25,607 bases of DNA from a virus (IMGVR_UViG_3300004112_000023:1-25607), one strand, 5' to 3'; shown: positions 7,853-16,143, numbered from the stretch's first letter. Numbers and translations: made by a program. The notes: a model not told the origin generated them from the letters alone.

Positions 7853-8230
7853 ATGTCCTCGGACAAAAAAATGCTAGCAGAGGCAGCTTCGGTAGCAAAT
7901 CGTCTAAAATCAAACGACAGGCGAGACATGCGTTCGTTTCTGTTGGGAGCAGTCGGAATGAGAAACGACGGCGTCCTAGTTTCATCTAGGAATATTGCAG
8001 CTCCGGACTGTGCCCCTCAGCATCACGCCGAATCACGACTCGCAAGGAAATTGACGCCTGGCTCAACAGTATGGGTCGCACGCGTTACTCGCAAGAATGG
8101 AGACTGGGCCTTGGCTAAACCTTGCCCAGGTTGCCACAGACTTTTGCGCGCGATTGGTGTCGATCGTGTAGTATACACGATCGGTCCCCGTGAATGGGGA
8201 ATCATCGATATGAAAGAAAATTTCTACTGA
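7853..8230 (+). CDS. Zn-dependent cytidine/nucleoside deaminase-fold protein
   Basis: HAE...AKPCPGC...GV.RVVYT; start taken at ATG 7853. Confidence 0.88.
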   Translation: MSSDKKMLAEAASVANRLKSNDRRDMRSFLLGAVGMRNDGVLVSSRNIAAPDCAPQHHAESRLARKLTPGSTVWVARVTRKNGDWALAKPCPGCHRLLRAIGVDRVVYTIGPREWGIIDMKENFY

Positions 8231-8281
8231 GTGCAAACTTTCGTTCAAGTAGATTACTAATAATAGGAGACAAACAACATC

Positions 8282-8617
8282 ATGAAGAAGACAAAGAAGG
8301 CGCAGAACAACAACTTCCGAAACACTTACGATCTCGATCTACCTGCTCAAATCGACATGGACACGCTGGCATGCGTTCTCGATGACGACCTCGAGCGACG
8401 TCATTCATTTCTACATGCTGAGCGCGATAAGGCTGCCCGACTTGAGTGCGACCCAAAGCCTTGGGAGACGGAGATCTGTTACGTGCAACGTGAATTGAAG
8501 ATTCGCGCAGACCGTAGACTTGCACACGAAAAGTATATCAGAAACAACCCTGATGCTGCTTTCTATTCATATGCAGCACCCGTGTCGAACGTCTCGGACG
8601 ATTCGAATGCAAACTGA
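8282..8617 (+). CDS. Hypothetical protein, first gene of the sigma operon
   Basis: AGGAG RBS; helical, WETEICYVQREL..R motif; GTGCAAA promoter-like element at 8231. Confidence 0.75.
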   Translation: MKKTKKAQNNNFRNTYDLDLPAQIDMDTLACVLDDDLERRHSFLHAERDKAARLECDPKPWETEICYVQRELKIRADRRLAHEKYIRNNPDAAFYSYAAPVSNVSDDSNAN

Positions 8618-8648
8618 AAATATTGTCTCGGTAACACCGAGGAGAAGC

Positions 8649-9470
8649 ATGCTTTCAACGAAGAAGATGATCGATTCACGCGGATCGGACTCAATTAGCG
8701 CCTATCTCAACGATCTTAAGCAATATCCACAGCTTAAGCATCCCGAGGTCGTCAGGCTTTTTCAGACTTACGAGACCGGAGGCAAGACCGGTGAAAAGGC
8801 TAGAAAGACGCTGATTGAGAGCAATCTCCGACTCGTCATCTCTATCGCGAAGAAGCACAAGGGTTACAACATTCCGCTAGAAGACTTAATTCAAGAAGGT
8901 AATCTAGGCTTGTTGAAGGCTATCGAACGCTTCGACTATAAAAAAGGCTTCAGGTTCTCAACGTATGCCACGTGGTGGATCAAGCAAGCTATCAGCCAAC
9001 ACGTGCTGAAGCGTAAGAGGATGATCAGGTTGCCAGCACATGCAGCAGGAATTCAACGAAAATTAATTCAAGCTGCGGACGAATTCAGAGAGATGACTGG
9101 GACTGAACCAAGTCAAGAAGACTTGTTGGCACTCGTCGATGCTTCAGAGACTGTTGTTAAAGCCACGATGGCATCTGGTAACAACGTCATCTCTCTCAAC
9201 CAGACAGTTACAAACGATCCTGATAGTGGAACGCTTGAAGACAAAATTGAGGACATTGACCATCGCAACGACCCGTTTTACAACGTCTCATCAAAAGAAT
9301 TGATGAACATTGTAAAGTGCGTTTTGTCGAAACTTTCTGACAAAGAGTCTGCAATTCTCAAGCTTCGTTTTGGTCTGTTCGACGAAGACGATGTCGATCG
9401 AAGTCAATACACGATCTCTGAGGAGGAGGCTGAGTCCCTCGCAAGAGGCATGCCTCTTGCTGACAGATGA
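8649..9470 (+). CDS. RpoD/RpoS-family sigma70 factor lacking regions 1.1 and 4.2
   Basis: Region 1.2 DSISAYL..L..YP.L; region 2 LIESNLRLVISIAKK..DLIQEGNLGLLKAIERFDYKKGFRFSTYATWWIKQAI; region 3 RMIRLPAH..G.EPS; region 4.1 LSDKESAILKLRFGL then no HTH. Start 8649 (GAGGAG RBS) or 8607. Confidence 0.95.
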   Translation: MLSTKKMIDSRGSDSISAYLNDLKQYPQLKHPEVVRLFQTYETGGKTGEKARKTLIESNLRLVISIAKKHKGYNIPLEDLIQEGNLGLLKAIERFDYKKGFRFSTYATWWIKQAISQHVLKRKRMIRLPAHAAGIQRKLIQAADEFREMTGTEPSQEDLLALVDASETVVKATMASGNNVISLNQTVTNDPDSGTLEDKIEDIDHRNDPFYNVSSKELMNIVKCVLSKLSDKESAILKLRFGLFDEDDVDRSQYTISEEEAESLARGMPLADR

Positions 9471-9700
9471 CTCTTGAATTGACGTTCAATGTAGTCATAG
9501 TGCTTCTTTCTCTCCATCAGACTAGAAGCCTTCTTAGACTTCGCAAAGAAATTGCAGATTTCAGAAATCAACTCTCAAACCGCAGAGAAACAGAGCAATT
9601 CAAAGATAGTGTCACTGACTTGAATGCAAGACTTGACGCTCTGCAGAGCATGAGATTCTCCTACATTGGTAACTCTCTAAGAAAAGAAAGACAGAGATGA
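9467..9700 (+). CDS. Small membrane-anchored coiled-coil protein
   Basis: N-terminal hydrophobic LTFNVVIVLLSL followed by heptad-like helix; ATGA-coupled on both sides. Confidence 0.7.
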   Translation: MTLELTFNVVIVLLSLHQTRSLLRLRKEIADFRNQLSNRRETEQFKDSVTDLNARLDALQSMRFSYIGNSLRKERQR

Positions 9701-9996
9701 AGAATCTGAGCAAGAAATCTATTTATGCGACAGTGGCCGAGGACGAAGGCGTCAACTATCGAGAAATTGCAGAGATGATGTCCGAAATTGGTTTTAAGAT
9801 GAATCACTCCTCAGCAAGAAATTACGTGCTGAGGATTATGCGGAAATTTACCGATGCCATCACTGATGAATGGGATCTGGATTTTTCTGAAGCGAAGAAG
9901 GACAAGATCGCAAGGACGCCACAGTTTCAACAAGCCATCTGTGAGATTTTGCAAACGCTAGATGCTCACAATACCACAAGAAGGGAATCAAAATGA
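9697..9996 (+). CDS. Sigma region-4.2-like helix-turn-helix protein
   Basis: EGVNYREIAEMM...MNHSSARNYVLRIMRKF aligns by eye to the sigma4 G.SY.EIA..L....V+..+.R...KL pattern. Confidence 0.7.
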   Translation: MKNLSKKSIYATVAEDEGVNYREIAEMMSEIGFKMNHSSARNYVLRIMRKFTDAITDEWDLDFSEAKKDKIARTPQFQQAICEILQTLDAHNTTRRESK

Positions 9997-10370
9997 GGCT
10001 TCAGAAGAAGAGTCTATCGAAGGTGTCACTAACTGACATTCTTAGGCGCAGAAAAACCACATTAGAGAAGTATTTAATTGAAACAGGCATCGTAACTTAC
10101 GATCTCCTTGTTTCAAGGTGTGAATCAAGTGGTTTCGTTCCTCCTACATTGGAAGCCTTTTACAAGGCACAAGGAAGGTCGTCACCAGCACCTGTTGCAT
10201 CCTCGCCTACCGAAGGTGTGATTGTTATGGAACCGCCTGCCGTAGTTAGACTCGTTAACGAATCAGATGGATCAGTGGAGTCAGAACTTTCACTTTCACT
10301 AGAGCCTGAAGATTCTTCAATGCTTGATGAAGTTCAAAAGCCTTTCAAAAAGAAAAAATTAAAGGCTTAA
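9993..10370 (+). CDS. Hypothetical protein
   Basis: ATGA-coupled; basic N-terminus, Pro/Ser linker, KKKK tail. Confidence 0.7.
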   Translation: MRLQKKSLSKVSLTDILRRRKTTLEKYLIETGIVTYDLLVSRCESSGFVPPTLEAFYKAQGRSSPAPVASSPTEGVIVMEPPAVVRLVNESDGSVESELSLSLEPEDSSMLDEVQKPFKKKKLKA

Positions 10371-10385
10371 TTCTACGAAAAGATG

Positions 10386-10419
10386 AGCCACAGGGACTTT
10401 CCTGTGGCTTTCTTTATTT
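10386..10419 (+). terminator. Intrinsic terminator closing the sigma operon
   Basis: AGCCACAGG-GACTTT-CCTGTGGCT followed by TTCTTTATTT. Confidence 0.85.
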
Positions 10420-10512
10420 AAACATTTTCGTTTAATGTGGTATATGTACTTACACGCAGTCACGCATGCATCGCTTTCAACGATGATCTTTGTGACTATC
10501 TAGGAGATCAGA

Positions 10513-11085
10513 ATGACAAGTCTAACAGCTGCACTAGTCTTAGTGCTACATGCCTCTTTGCCCAAAATCGATCAAGACCGCTTGACAGCAGTTACGGACG
10601 ACATGACGGCAGTCATAGAGGACGAAATCAGCAAAAATTTGCTGAACAGCAAGATTAAGAACGACGAAGCACTGGCTATGCTAACTGCGGCAGTCCTCAA
10701 TGAATCGGGTTATAGCGCAGACGTCGAGAGTTGCAAAATCAATGGCGACGGTGGTCGGTCGATCGGCCTTGGGCAGGTGATGAAAGGACAGAACTGGGAG
10801 GGTCATTCACGCAAGCAGATCTGTTCGGACAGAAAGCTTCAGCTTCGACTCGCTTTACACGTAATAGACAAATGCTGGGAGCGCACGCCCCGCCCTGATG
10901 CAGCATTCAGATGCTACACGTCAGGAGATGCGTCAAAAGATTCTAAGTCGGCAAGGAGAGAGTACAAAACGTACCTCAAATACAAAAATGTGATTGAAAA
11001 GTTTCGCGCTGAGAAAAAGCGCGTCAAACAATTAGAAGAGAACAATGAAGAAATTAAAAATGAAAATGTCGAAGGAAGATCCTGA
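10513..11085 (+). CDS. Lysozyme-like / SLT-type lytic transglycosylase homologue with hydrophobic N-terminus
   Basis: AAVLNESGY (catalytic ES), GDGGRSIGLGQVM (GLMQ-like), RCYTSG (YNAG-like); AGGAG RBS. Confidence 0.75.
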   Translation: MTSLTAALVLVLHASLPKIDQDRLTAVTDDMTAVIEDEISKNLLNSKIKNDEALAMLTAAVLNESGYSADVESCKINGDGGRSIGLGQVMKGQNWEGHSRKQICSDRKLQLRLALHVIDKCWERTPRPDAAFRCYTSGDASKDSKSARREYKTYLKYKNVIEKFRAEKKRVKQLEENNEEIKNENVEGRS

Positions 11086-11092
11086 CAGTCAG

Positions 11093-11121
11093 TGCAAAAA
11101 GAAGAAGCGCTATGCTATGAT
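11093..11121 (+). promoter_or_regulatory. Putative class-1 promoter, near-leaderless
   Basis: TGCAAA-N17-TATGAT with TG extension; ATG 8 nt downstream, no SD. Confidence 0.65.
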
Positions 11122-11129
11122 TATCATAC

Positions 11130-11594
11130 ATGACGCACACGGACATCTCGATGACGCTGTTCGAGTCTCTCCTCGACGGAGAGTACGACTTTTACGGCGT
11201 CGACGGAAACTGTTTCTGCATCGGCCTGAACGGAACGAGAGCAGCCTTCGAAGCGCTAGAGGACGAGAACGACGGCTACCGTTCGTACTTCAATACCTTC
11301 AGAACATCGGACGTCGGGAAGGTATTTTTCCGATCGCCCCTCGCTCGGGTTCGTCTTAGACGCGGAGGATTATCGACTCGAGGTCCACGGCCCGAAAAGA
11401 CGGAAACACCAGCACAGAAGACTTATCGTCTGAAGAAAACTTCAGACGACTTTTTCGGCTGGGTCCTCGAGGACGTCACCGACGGTCACATCTGGTTGAC
11501 CGTCGGGACGGACTTCGGAGATGACTATTATCCTTGCTTCACTTTTCGATATGAACCCAACGTCGCCAGAACGATCGAGCAGGAGGTTCTGTGA
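11130..11594 (+). CDS. Hypothetical phage protein
   Basis: FEALEDENDGYRSY...GTDFGDDYYPCF.F.Y motifs. Confidence 0.75.
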   Translation: MTHTDISMTLFESLLDGEYDFYGVDGNCFCIGLNGTRAAFEALEDENDGYRSYFNTFRTSDVGKVFFRSPLARVRLRRGGLSTRGPRPEKTETPAQKTYRLKKTSDDFFGWVLEDVTDGHIWLTVGTDFGDDYYPCFTFRYEPNVARTIEQEVL

Positions 11595-12319
11595 ACGAAC
11601 AGACCACCTCCGAGATAGTCTGCAACAAATCTCTGGAAAACGAGAGGAAGGTCATCAGCCGCCTTGCGCTACAGAAGATCTTGACCTCGGGGGTAACACA
11701 GTTTATAGATTTGAGCAAGCTTGAGGAGATTAGACGAATGTTCATCTCCGAGAGTCCCGAGAAAGATTTAGGCGTCAGTCTCAATTTCCAAGGCAACAAC
11801 AGGTACGACACAATCGGATCCCTCAGTCTCAAGTGGACGCAGGACGCAAACGAGATACAAGACCTCGAAGGAAACGTCTGGGTCACGCATCGGCTCGAGG
11901 CGAAGGGAGCGATCGGCTCTGCTTACTCGTGCAATTTCGGTAAGTTCCAGGAACGTGTCGAGGCACTCATCGACCTGCGCGACCTCATTTGCGACATCGA
12001 GTCTCTCGCGCCGGAGCCGATCAGGTCCATATCTTTGAATAGCGAGCAGAGGGTCGACCGAGATGCTCGACGTCGTCGAGAAGGCTTCTCCAACATTTTT
12101 TCATTGATCATCAAGAACGATAGACAAGACCTCCGGTACAACCTGAGGACCGGCGGGCGAGGTAGACTTGTACCACGCGAGTTAGTGCAGGACTTCGATC
12201 CCGGGAAGTACGACATCAGGGTCGACGACGGCGCGTTTCGACGCGCAAAGAACAAGTATTACGTTCTCACCGTGCCCTCAAACCCCAATTTCAATGCGAT
12301 CTTACACCGGGTCGGCTGA
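11591..12319 (+). CDS. Hypothetical protein
   Basis: GTGA overlap, AGGAGG RBS, 242 aa. Confidence 0.7.
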   Translation: MNEQTTSEIVCNKSLENERKVISRLALQKILTSGVTQFIDLSKLEEIRRMFISESPEKDLGVSLNFQGNNRYDTIGSLSLKWTQDANEIQDLEGNVWVTHRLEAKGAIGSAYSCNFGKFQERVEALIDLRDLICDIESLAPEPIRSISLNSEQRVDRDARRRREGFSNIFSLIIKNDRQDLRYNLRTGGRGRLVPRELVQDFDPGKYDIRVDDGAFRRAKNKYYVLTVPSNPNFNAILHRVG

Positions 12320-12330
12320 AACGGCTTCCG

Positions 12331-12359
12331 TGCAATCCTCCCGAGAAACGGAGTATCAT
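12331..12359 (+). promoter_or_regulatory. Putative class-1 promoter, leaderless ligase mRNA
   Basis: TGCAAT-N17-TATCAT, 6 nt before ATG 12366. Confidence 0.65.
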
Positions 12360-12365
12360 AGCAAC

Positions 12366-13712
12366 ATGGACAGCGTCTACGACATCCTCGATGCACTTGA
12401 GAATGACAACTCTCGCAACTACAAGGAGGAGGTCCTCCGGCGCAACCGAGGAAACGACCTCCTCAAGCGCGTCTTCGTCGCCGCCTCCGATCCGTACACG
12501 AACTACTTCGTCAACAAGTTCAAGATGCCTGCTGCACATCCGGTGCCGCCCGCGGGAGACGACAAGCAGCTGCTGGCTTTCCTCGATGTCCTCCTCCCGA
12601 AGCTGTCCGCGCGTGAGGTGGTGGGTAACGAGGCGAAGGCCCTCGTCAACTCCACCTTCCAGCTGATGGACTCGCGTCAGCAGAAGTGGTGTCTCCGCAT
12701 TCTCCTTCGAAACCTCCGAGTCGGCGTGATGGAGACCACGATCAACAAGGTGTGGCCTGGTGCCATCGCGAAGTTCTCCGTTCAACTCGCGGAGAGCCTC
12801 GAGGCGCGTCACGAGAAGGGCAAAGGCATCGTCGTCACGGAGCGTGTGGACTATCCCGTCCGCGTCGAGCCCAAGCTCGACGGACTCCGTTGCATCGCAG
12901 TGAAGCACGACGGCGTGGTGACCATGTTCACGCGGAGCGGCTCTCCCATCGAGACGCTTCCCACGATCAAGGCGGCACTCGAAGCCGCACCGTGGGACGA
13001 CTTCGTGCTTGACGGCGAGGCGATGGGCAAGGACTGGAACGAGTCTGCATCGGTCGTGATGTCTCACAAGACTGCGAAGGACGACAGCGGCATCGCCTAC
13101 AACGTGTTCGACGCGATGCACTTCGACGACTGGCGATCCCAGGAGAACGACATGAAACTGTCTGACCGAGTCGAACTGGTTCGAGAACTGGTCGAGCAGG
13201 TTGCTGCCGGGTGCGTCGTCGGAGTCGAGGGCAAGACGGTCAAGTCCGAGTCGGACCTCATGAAGTTCTACTCTTCTTCCCTCGAGAAGGGGTACGAAGG
13301 CATCATGGTGAAGAAGATCGACTCGCCGTACGTGTTCAAACGCTCCGACTCCGTCCTCAAGCTCAAACCCGTCGCCACATACGAAGGCGTCGTCGTCGGC
13401 CACTACGAGGGCAACCGCGGCTCCAAGCGCGAAGGCCTGTGGGGTGGCTTCCAGGTGGTGCTCCCGAACGGTGTGGTGACGAAGTTGGGCGGCGGCTTCA
13501 CGGACAAGATGAAGGCAGAGATCAGCGTGGACCCCGACTCGTGGATCGGTCGCATCGTGGAGATGGAGGGTCAGCCCGATCCCCTCACGGGCGACGGCCT
13601 CACTTCCGACGGCAAGGTACGTTTCCCTGTGTTCGTCCGCGAGCGTGACGCATCCGACGTGGATCCCAAAGTGACTGCAGCAGGGGATACGTACCTTCGG
13701 CGGCACAAATGA
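12366..13712 (+). CDS. lig: ATP-dependent DNA ligase (T4-like architecture)
   Basis: Motifs EPKLDGLR, VLDGEA, YNVFDA, EGIMVK, LKLK, RFPVFVRERD; N-terminal DNA-binding domain. Confidence 0.96.
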   Translation: MDSVYDILDALENDNSRNYKEEVLRRNRGNDLLKRVFVAASDPYTNYFVNKFKMPAAHPVPPAGDDKQLLAFLDVLLPKLSAREVVGNEAKALVNSTFQLMDSRQQKWCLRILLRNLRVGVMETTINKVWPGAIAKFSVQLAESLEARHEKGKGIVVTERVDYPVRVEPKLDGLRCIAVKHDGVVTMFTRSGSPIETLPTIKAALEAAPWDDFVLDGEAMGKDWNESASVVMSHKTAKDDSGIAYNVFDAMHFDDWRSQENDMKLSDRVELVRELVEQVAAGCVVGVEGKTVKSESDLMKFYSSSLEKGYEGIMVKKIDSPYVFKRSDSVLKLKPVATYEGVVVGHYEGNRGSKREGLWGGFQVVLPNGVVTKLGGGFTDKMKAEISVDPDSWIGRIVEMEGQPDPLTGDGLTSDGKVRFPVFVRERDASDVDPKVTAAGDTYLRRHK

Positions 13713-14224
13713 ACGACGATCTAGTATTGCCTGAAGATTCACGCGTCCCGAGCACTCTCGATCCATCGACTAGGGACCCATCTACGATGCGTTCAGCTCC
13801 GTATCCCACGAGTCGCCTCTCGGCACCGTTCGAGCCCGTCGACCAGAGCGTCGTGTTGCGAGAAGCACAGCGGATGCTCGGTGCGGTCGCGTATGGAAAA
13901 CTGCAGCTCATCTCCGATCAGATCAAGTCGTTACAGGCACAAGCCAGAAAGATCATCATGGAAGCTCAAGTAGACATCGGTCTCCACAGCGCACAGTGCT
14001 CGTTCCAGAAACGTCCAGGACATGTGTACCACCTGTACAGGCGAGGTCCACTTGACACCGACACGTACTTCTCGATCCTCTCTCCTGACGAGTGGAAGAC
14101 AAGTCCGCACGAGTTCCTCGGAAGTTATAGGCTCAACGAGGACCTGAGCTGGTCGGCGGTCCCTGCAGAGGACGAAGCTGCCCTCGCAGAAGATGGCCAG
14201 GTGAATCTTTCTCAAAATCCTTGA
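13709..14224 (+). CDS. DUF2452 (C1orf50-like) family protein
   Basis: KLQLI.DQI..LQ.QA..I, LH.A.CSF.K.PG.VYHLY, FSILSP.EW, EFLGSYRL..D.SW. Confidence 0.8.
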   Translation: MNDDLVLPEDSRVPSTLDPSTRDPSTMRSAPYPTSRLSAPFEPVDQSVVLREAQRMLGAVAYGKLQLISDQIKSLQAQARKIIMEAQVDIGLHSAQCSFQKRPGHVYHLYRRGPLDTDTYFSILSPDEWKTSPHEFLGSYRLNEDLSWSAVPAEDEAALAEDGQVNLSQNP

Positions 14225-14314
14225 GGGTAAAGGTAGTCGATTTGTTTCGAATAAACGGGACGACATGACGTCCACAAGTAACACGACTATTTCAAATCAT
14301 TAACGATTTTCGAG

Positions 14315-14343
14315 TGTAAACGCGACCGAAAGGATGATAGGGT
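14315..14343 (+). promoter_or_regulatory. Putative class-1 promoter, leaderless
   Basis: TGTAAA-N17-TAGGGT with TG extension, 6 nt before ATG 14350. Confidence 0.6.
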
Positions 14344-14349
14344 ACGTAT

Positions 14350-15666
14350 ATGTTCAGCACCACGACGACGGACTTCAACCTCGACCGCCACCTCATCTCC
14401 TTCCTCCAGGACTCTCCGTTCTTCGCGGAACTGTCGCGTCACATCCACAAGTCCCCGACTCGTGACCTCCCCACGGCCGCGGTGACCTTCGACGAGAAGA
14501 ACGACGAGCTGTGCCTCTTCTGGAACCCGGACTTCTTCGAGAAGCTGTCGCCTCGCGAGGTCCGTGGCGTCCTCACACACGAGTTCTACCACCTCGTGTT
14601 CGGTCACCTCTCGGCCCGTCGCCGCAAGCCGGCGCGCCTGTGGAACGTGGCCACGGACCTCGCGATCAACTCGATCATCGTCGACCCCGGCCGTGGTTCC
14701 TCGAGCCTCGCTGGCGAACGCGCCCTTCCCGAAGGCTGCCTCGTCCCCGGTGTGTTCCCCCGCCACCCCGAAGGCCGCGAGTACACCTCGGAGGAGAAGC
14801 AGGGCATGAAGCTCGCAGCATTGATCGAGAAGCTTCCCACCATGCAGTCCTCGGAGTGGTACTTCGAGAAGATCAAGGACGAGATGGACAAGGACAAGTC
14901 CGACCCCGAGGCCGGCGACGGCGAAGGTGGCTGGGGTGGCGTCGACTCCTTCGACGACCACGACGCGTGGGATTCTCTTCCCGAGGAACAGCGCGAGTAC
15001 ATCGAGGGCAAGGTGAAGTCCGTCGTCGAGAAGGCCGCGAAGCACGCCGACTCCATGGCAAACGGTTGGGGCAACATCCCCGCCGACCTCGTCGCGGACA
15101 TCCGCAAGTCGGTCGCGACGGTGATCAACTGGCGCAACGTGCTCCGTCAGTTCGTCGGCTCCCTCGTCCGCGGCGGCCGCTCCACCTCGATCAAGCGGAT
15201 CAACAAGCGCTACCCCTACATCCACCCCGGCGTCAAGCGCGGCTACGAGGCGAAGCTCCTCGTGGCGATCGACCAGTCGGGTTCGGTGGACAACGAGATG
15301 CTCGCTGAGTTCTTCGCCGAGCTCGGCAGCCTCACGAAGAAAGTGACGATCGACGTCGTGCCCTTCGACACCATCGCTCAGGAGAAGGACGTGTACACGT
15401 GGCGCCGCGGCTCCGACGTCCCGGCGAAGCGTGTCCGCGGCGGCGGCACCGACTTCAACGCTCCCACGAAGCTTGCCAACGACCCGAAGAACCGAGGCCG
15501 GTGGGACGGCCTCCTCATCATGACCGACGGCGAGTGCAATGCGCCTGGTCCGTCGCGCATCAAGCGCGGTTACGTGATCGGCAAGGGGCGAAGCCTCATG
15601 TTCAAGACGGACGACATCGTCGTCGCGATGTCCGACGTGAAGACCACGAGCGGTGCGTGGCGATGA
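14350..15666 (+). CDS. DUF2201-type HExxH metallopeptidase plus vWA domain protein
   Basis: PTAAV..WNPDFF..GVLTHEFYH..WNVATDLAIN; vWA IDQSGS, RGGGTDF, MTDG. Confidence 0.92.
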   Translation: MFSTTTTDFNLDRHLISFLQDSPFFAELSRHIHKSPTRDLPTAAVTFDEKNDELCLFWNPDFFEKLSPREVRGVLTHEFYHLVFGHLSARRRKPARLWNVATDLAINSIIVDPGRGSSSLAGERALPEGCLVPGVFPRHPEGREYTSEEKQGMKLAALIEKLPTMQSSEWYFEKIKDEMDKDKSDPEAGDGEGGWGGVDSFDDHDAWDSLPEEQREYIEGKVKSVVEKAAKHADSMANGWGNIPADLVADIRKSVATVINWRNVLRQFVGSLVRGGRSTSIKRINKRYPYIHPGVKRGYEAKLLVAIDQSGSVDNEMLAEFFAELGSLTKKVTIDVVPFDTIAQEKDVYTWRRGSDVPAKRVRGGGTDFNAPTKLANDPKNRGRWDGLLIMTDGECNAPGPSRIKRGYVIGKGRSLMFKTDDIVVAMSDVKTTSGAWR

Positions 15667-15890
15667 ACAGCTTCAACAGGCTCGGCTGGGGGGATACGGT
15701 GATGGTTCCCTCCGGCACCCTCCTCCCCGGTGACGTCCTCGACGGAGGAGGGGAGCTCGTCCTCGGGCGGACCGACCCGGGCAAGCCCCACGAGAAGCTC
15801 AAGGTCCTCACAGCGGAAGGGAAGGTCGAGCTCCGCGGCTACGGCCGGAACTTCAACCTCCTGCGCATGCGTCGTGCAGACGAACGATGA
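15663..15890 (+). CDS. Small hypothetical protein (PGDVL SH3-like)
   Basis: ATGA-coupled to the vWA gene; same high-GC codon usage. Confidence 0.65.
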   Translation: MNSFNRLGWGDTVMVPSGTLLPGDVLDGGGELVLGRTDPGKPHEKLKVLTAEGKVELRGYGRNFNLLRMRRADER

Positions 15891-16101
15891 CGAAAATCCT
15901 CCCGACCCACCGAGGCCGGGAGACATGGCGGTCTGGTGTGGTCCATGGGACGGGGCCCGCAACGGGCCAGCACAGATCGTAGTCGTGTTAGGACGAATGC
16001 CTGTGGGTGGTTCGGCGGTTGAGGTCCTCCTCACCGGCGGCACGCGCATGTGGCTTTCGTCTTCAATGCTTACGCTAGCAAGACACGCGTCTAGTGCATG
16101 A
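15874..16101 (+). CDS. Small hypothetical protein (PGDMAVW SH3-like); start uncertain
   Basis: PRPGDMAVW...IVVVLG...VEVLL..GTRMWL. Confidence 0.5.
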   Translation: MQTNDDENPPDPPRPGDMAVWCGPWDGARNGPAQIVVVLGRMPVGGSAVEVLLTGGTRMWLSSSMLTLARHASSA

Positions 16102-16143
16102 GCAGAGCAAGTACCGAGGATGCTCCACGTTTAATCGAAAGAA

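Noticed and set aside
9400-9750. Intron or translational bypass fusing the sigma core to the HTH ORF
   Set aside because: No group I/II core motifs seen, and the intervening DNA is a clean ORF coupled by ATGA at both ends; not formally excluded without RT-PCR
13741-13790. (D/V)PST x3 peptide repeat at the DUF2452 N-terminus
   Set aside because: Short degenerate linker repeat with no nucleotide-level array or evident function
12291-15308. Long alternative-frame and antisense ORFs (491 aa at 12291-13766 minus, 312 aa at 14287-15225 minus, 265 aa at 14511-15308 plus)
   Set aside because: Shadow ORFs caused by high GC3 in the ligase and vWA genes; Arg/His-rich with no motifs or RBS
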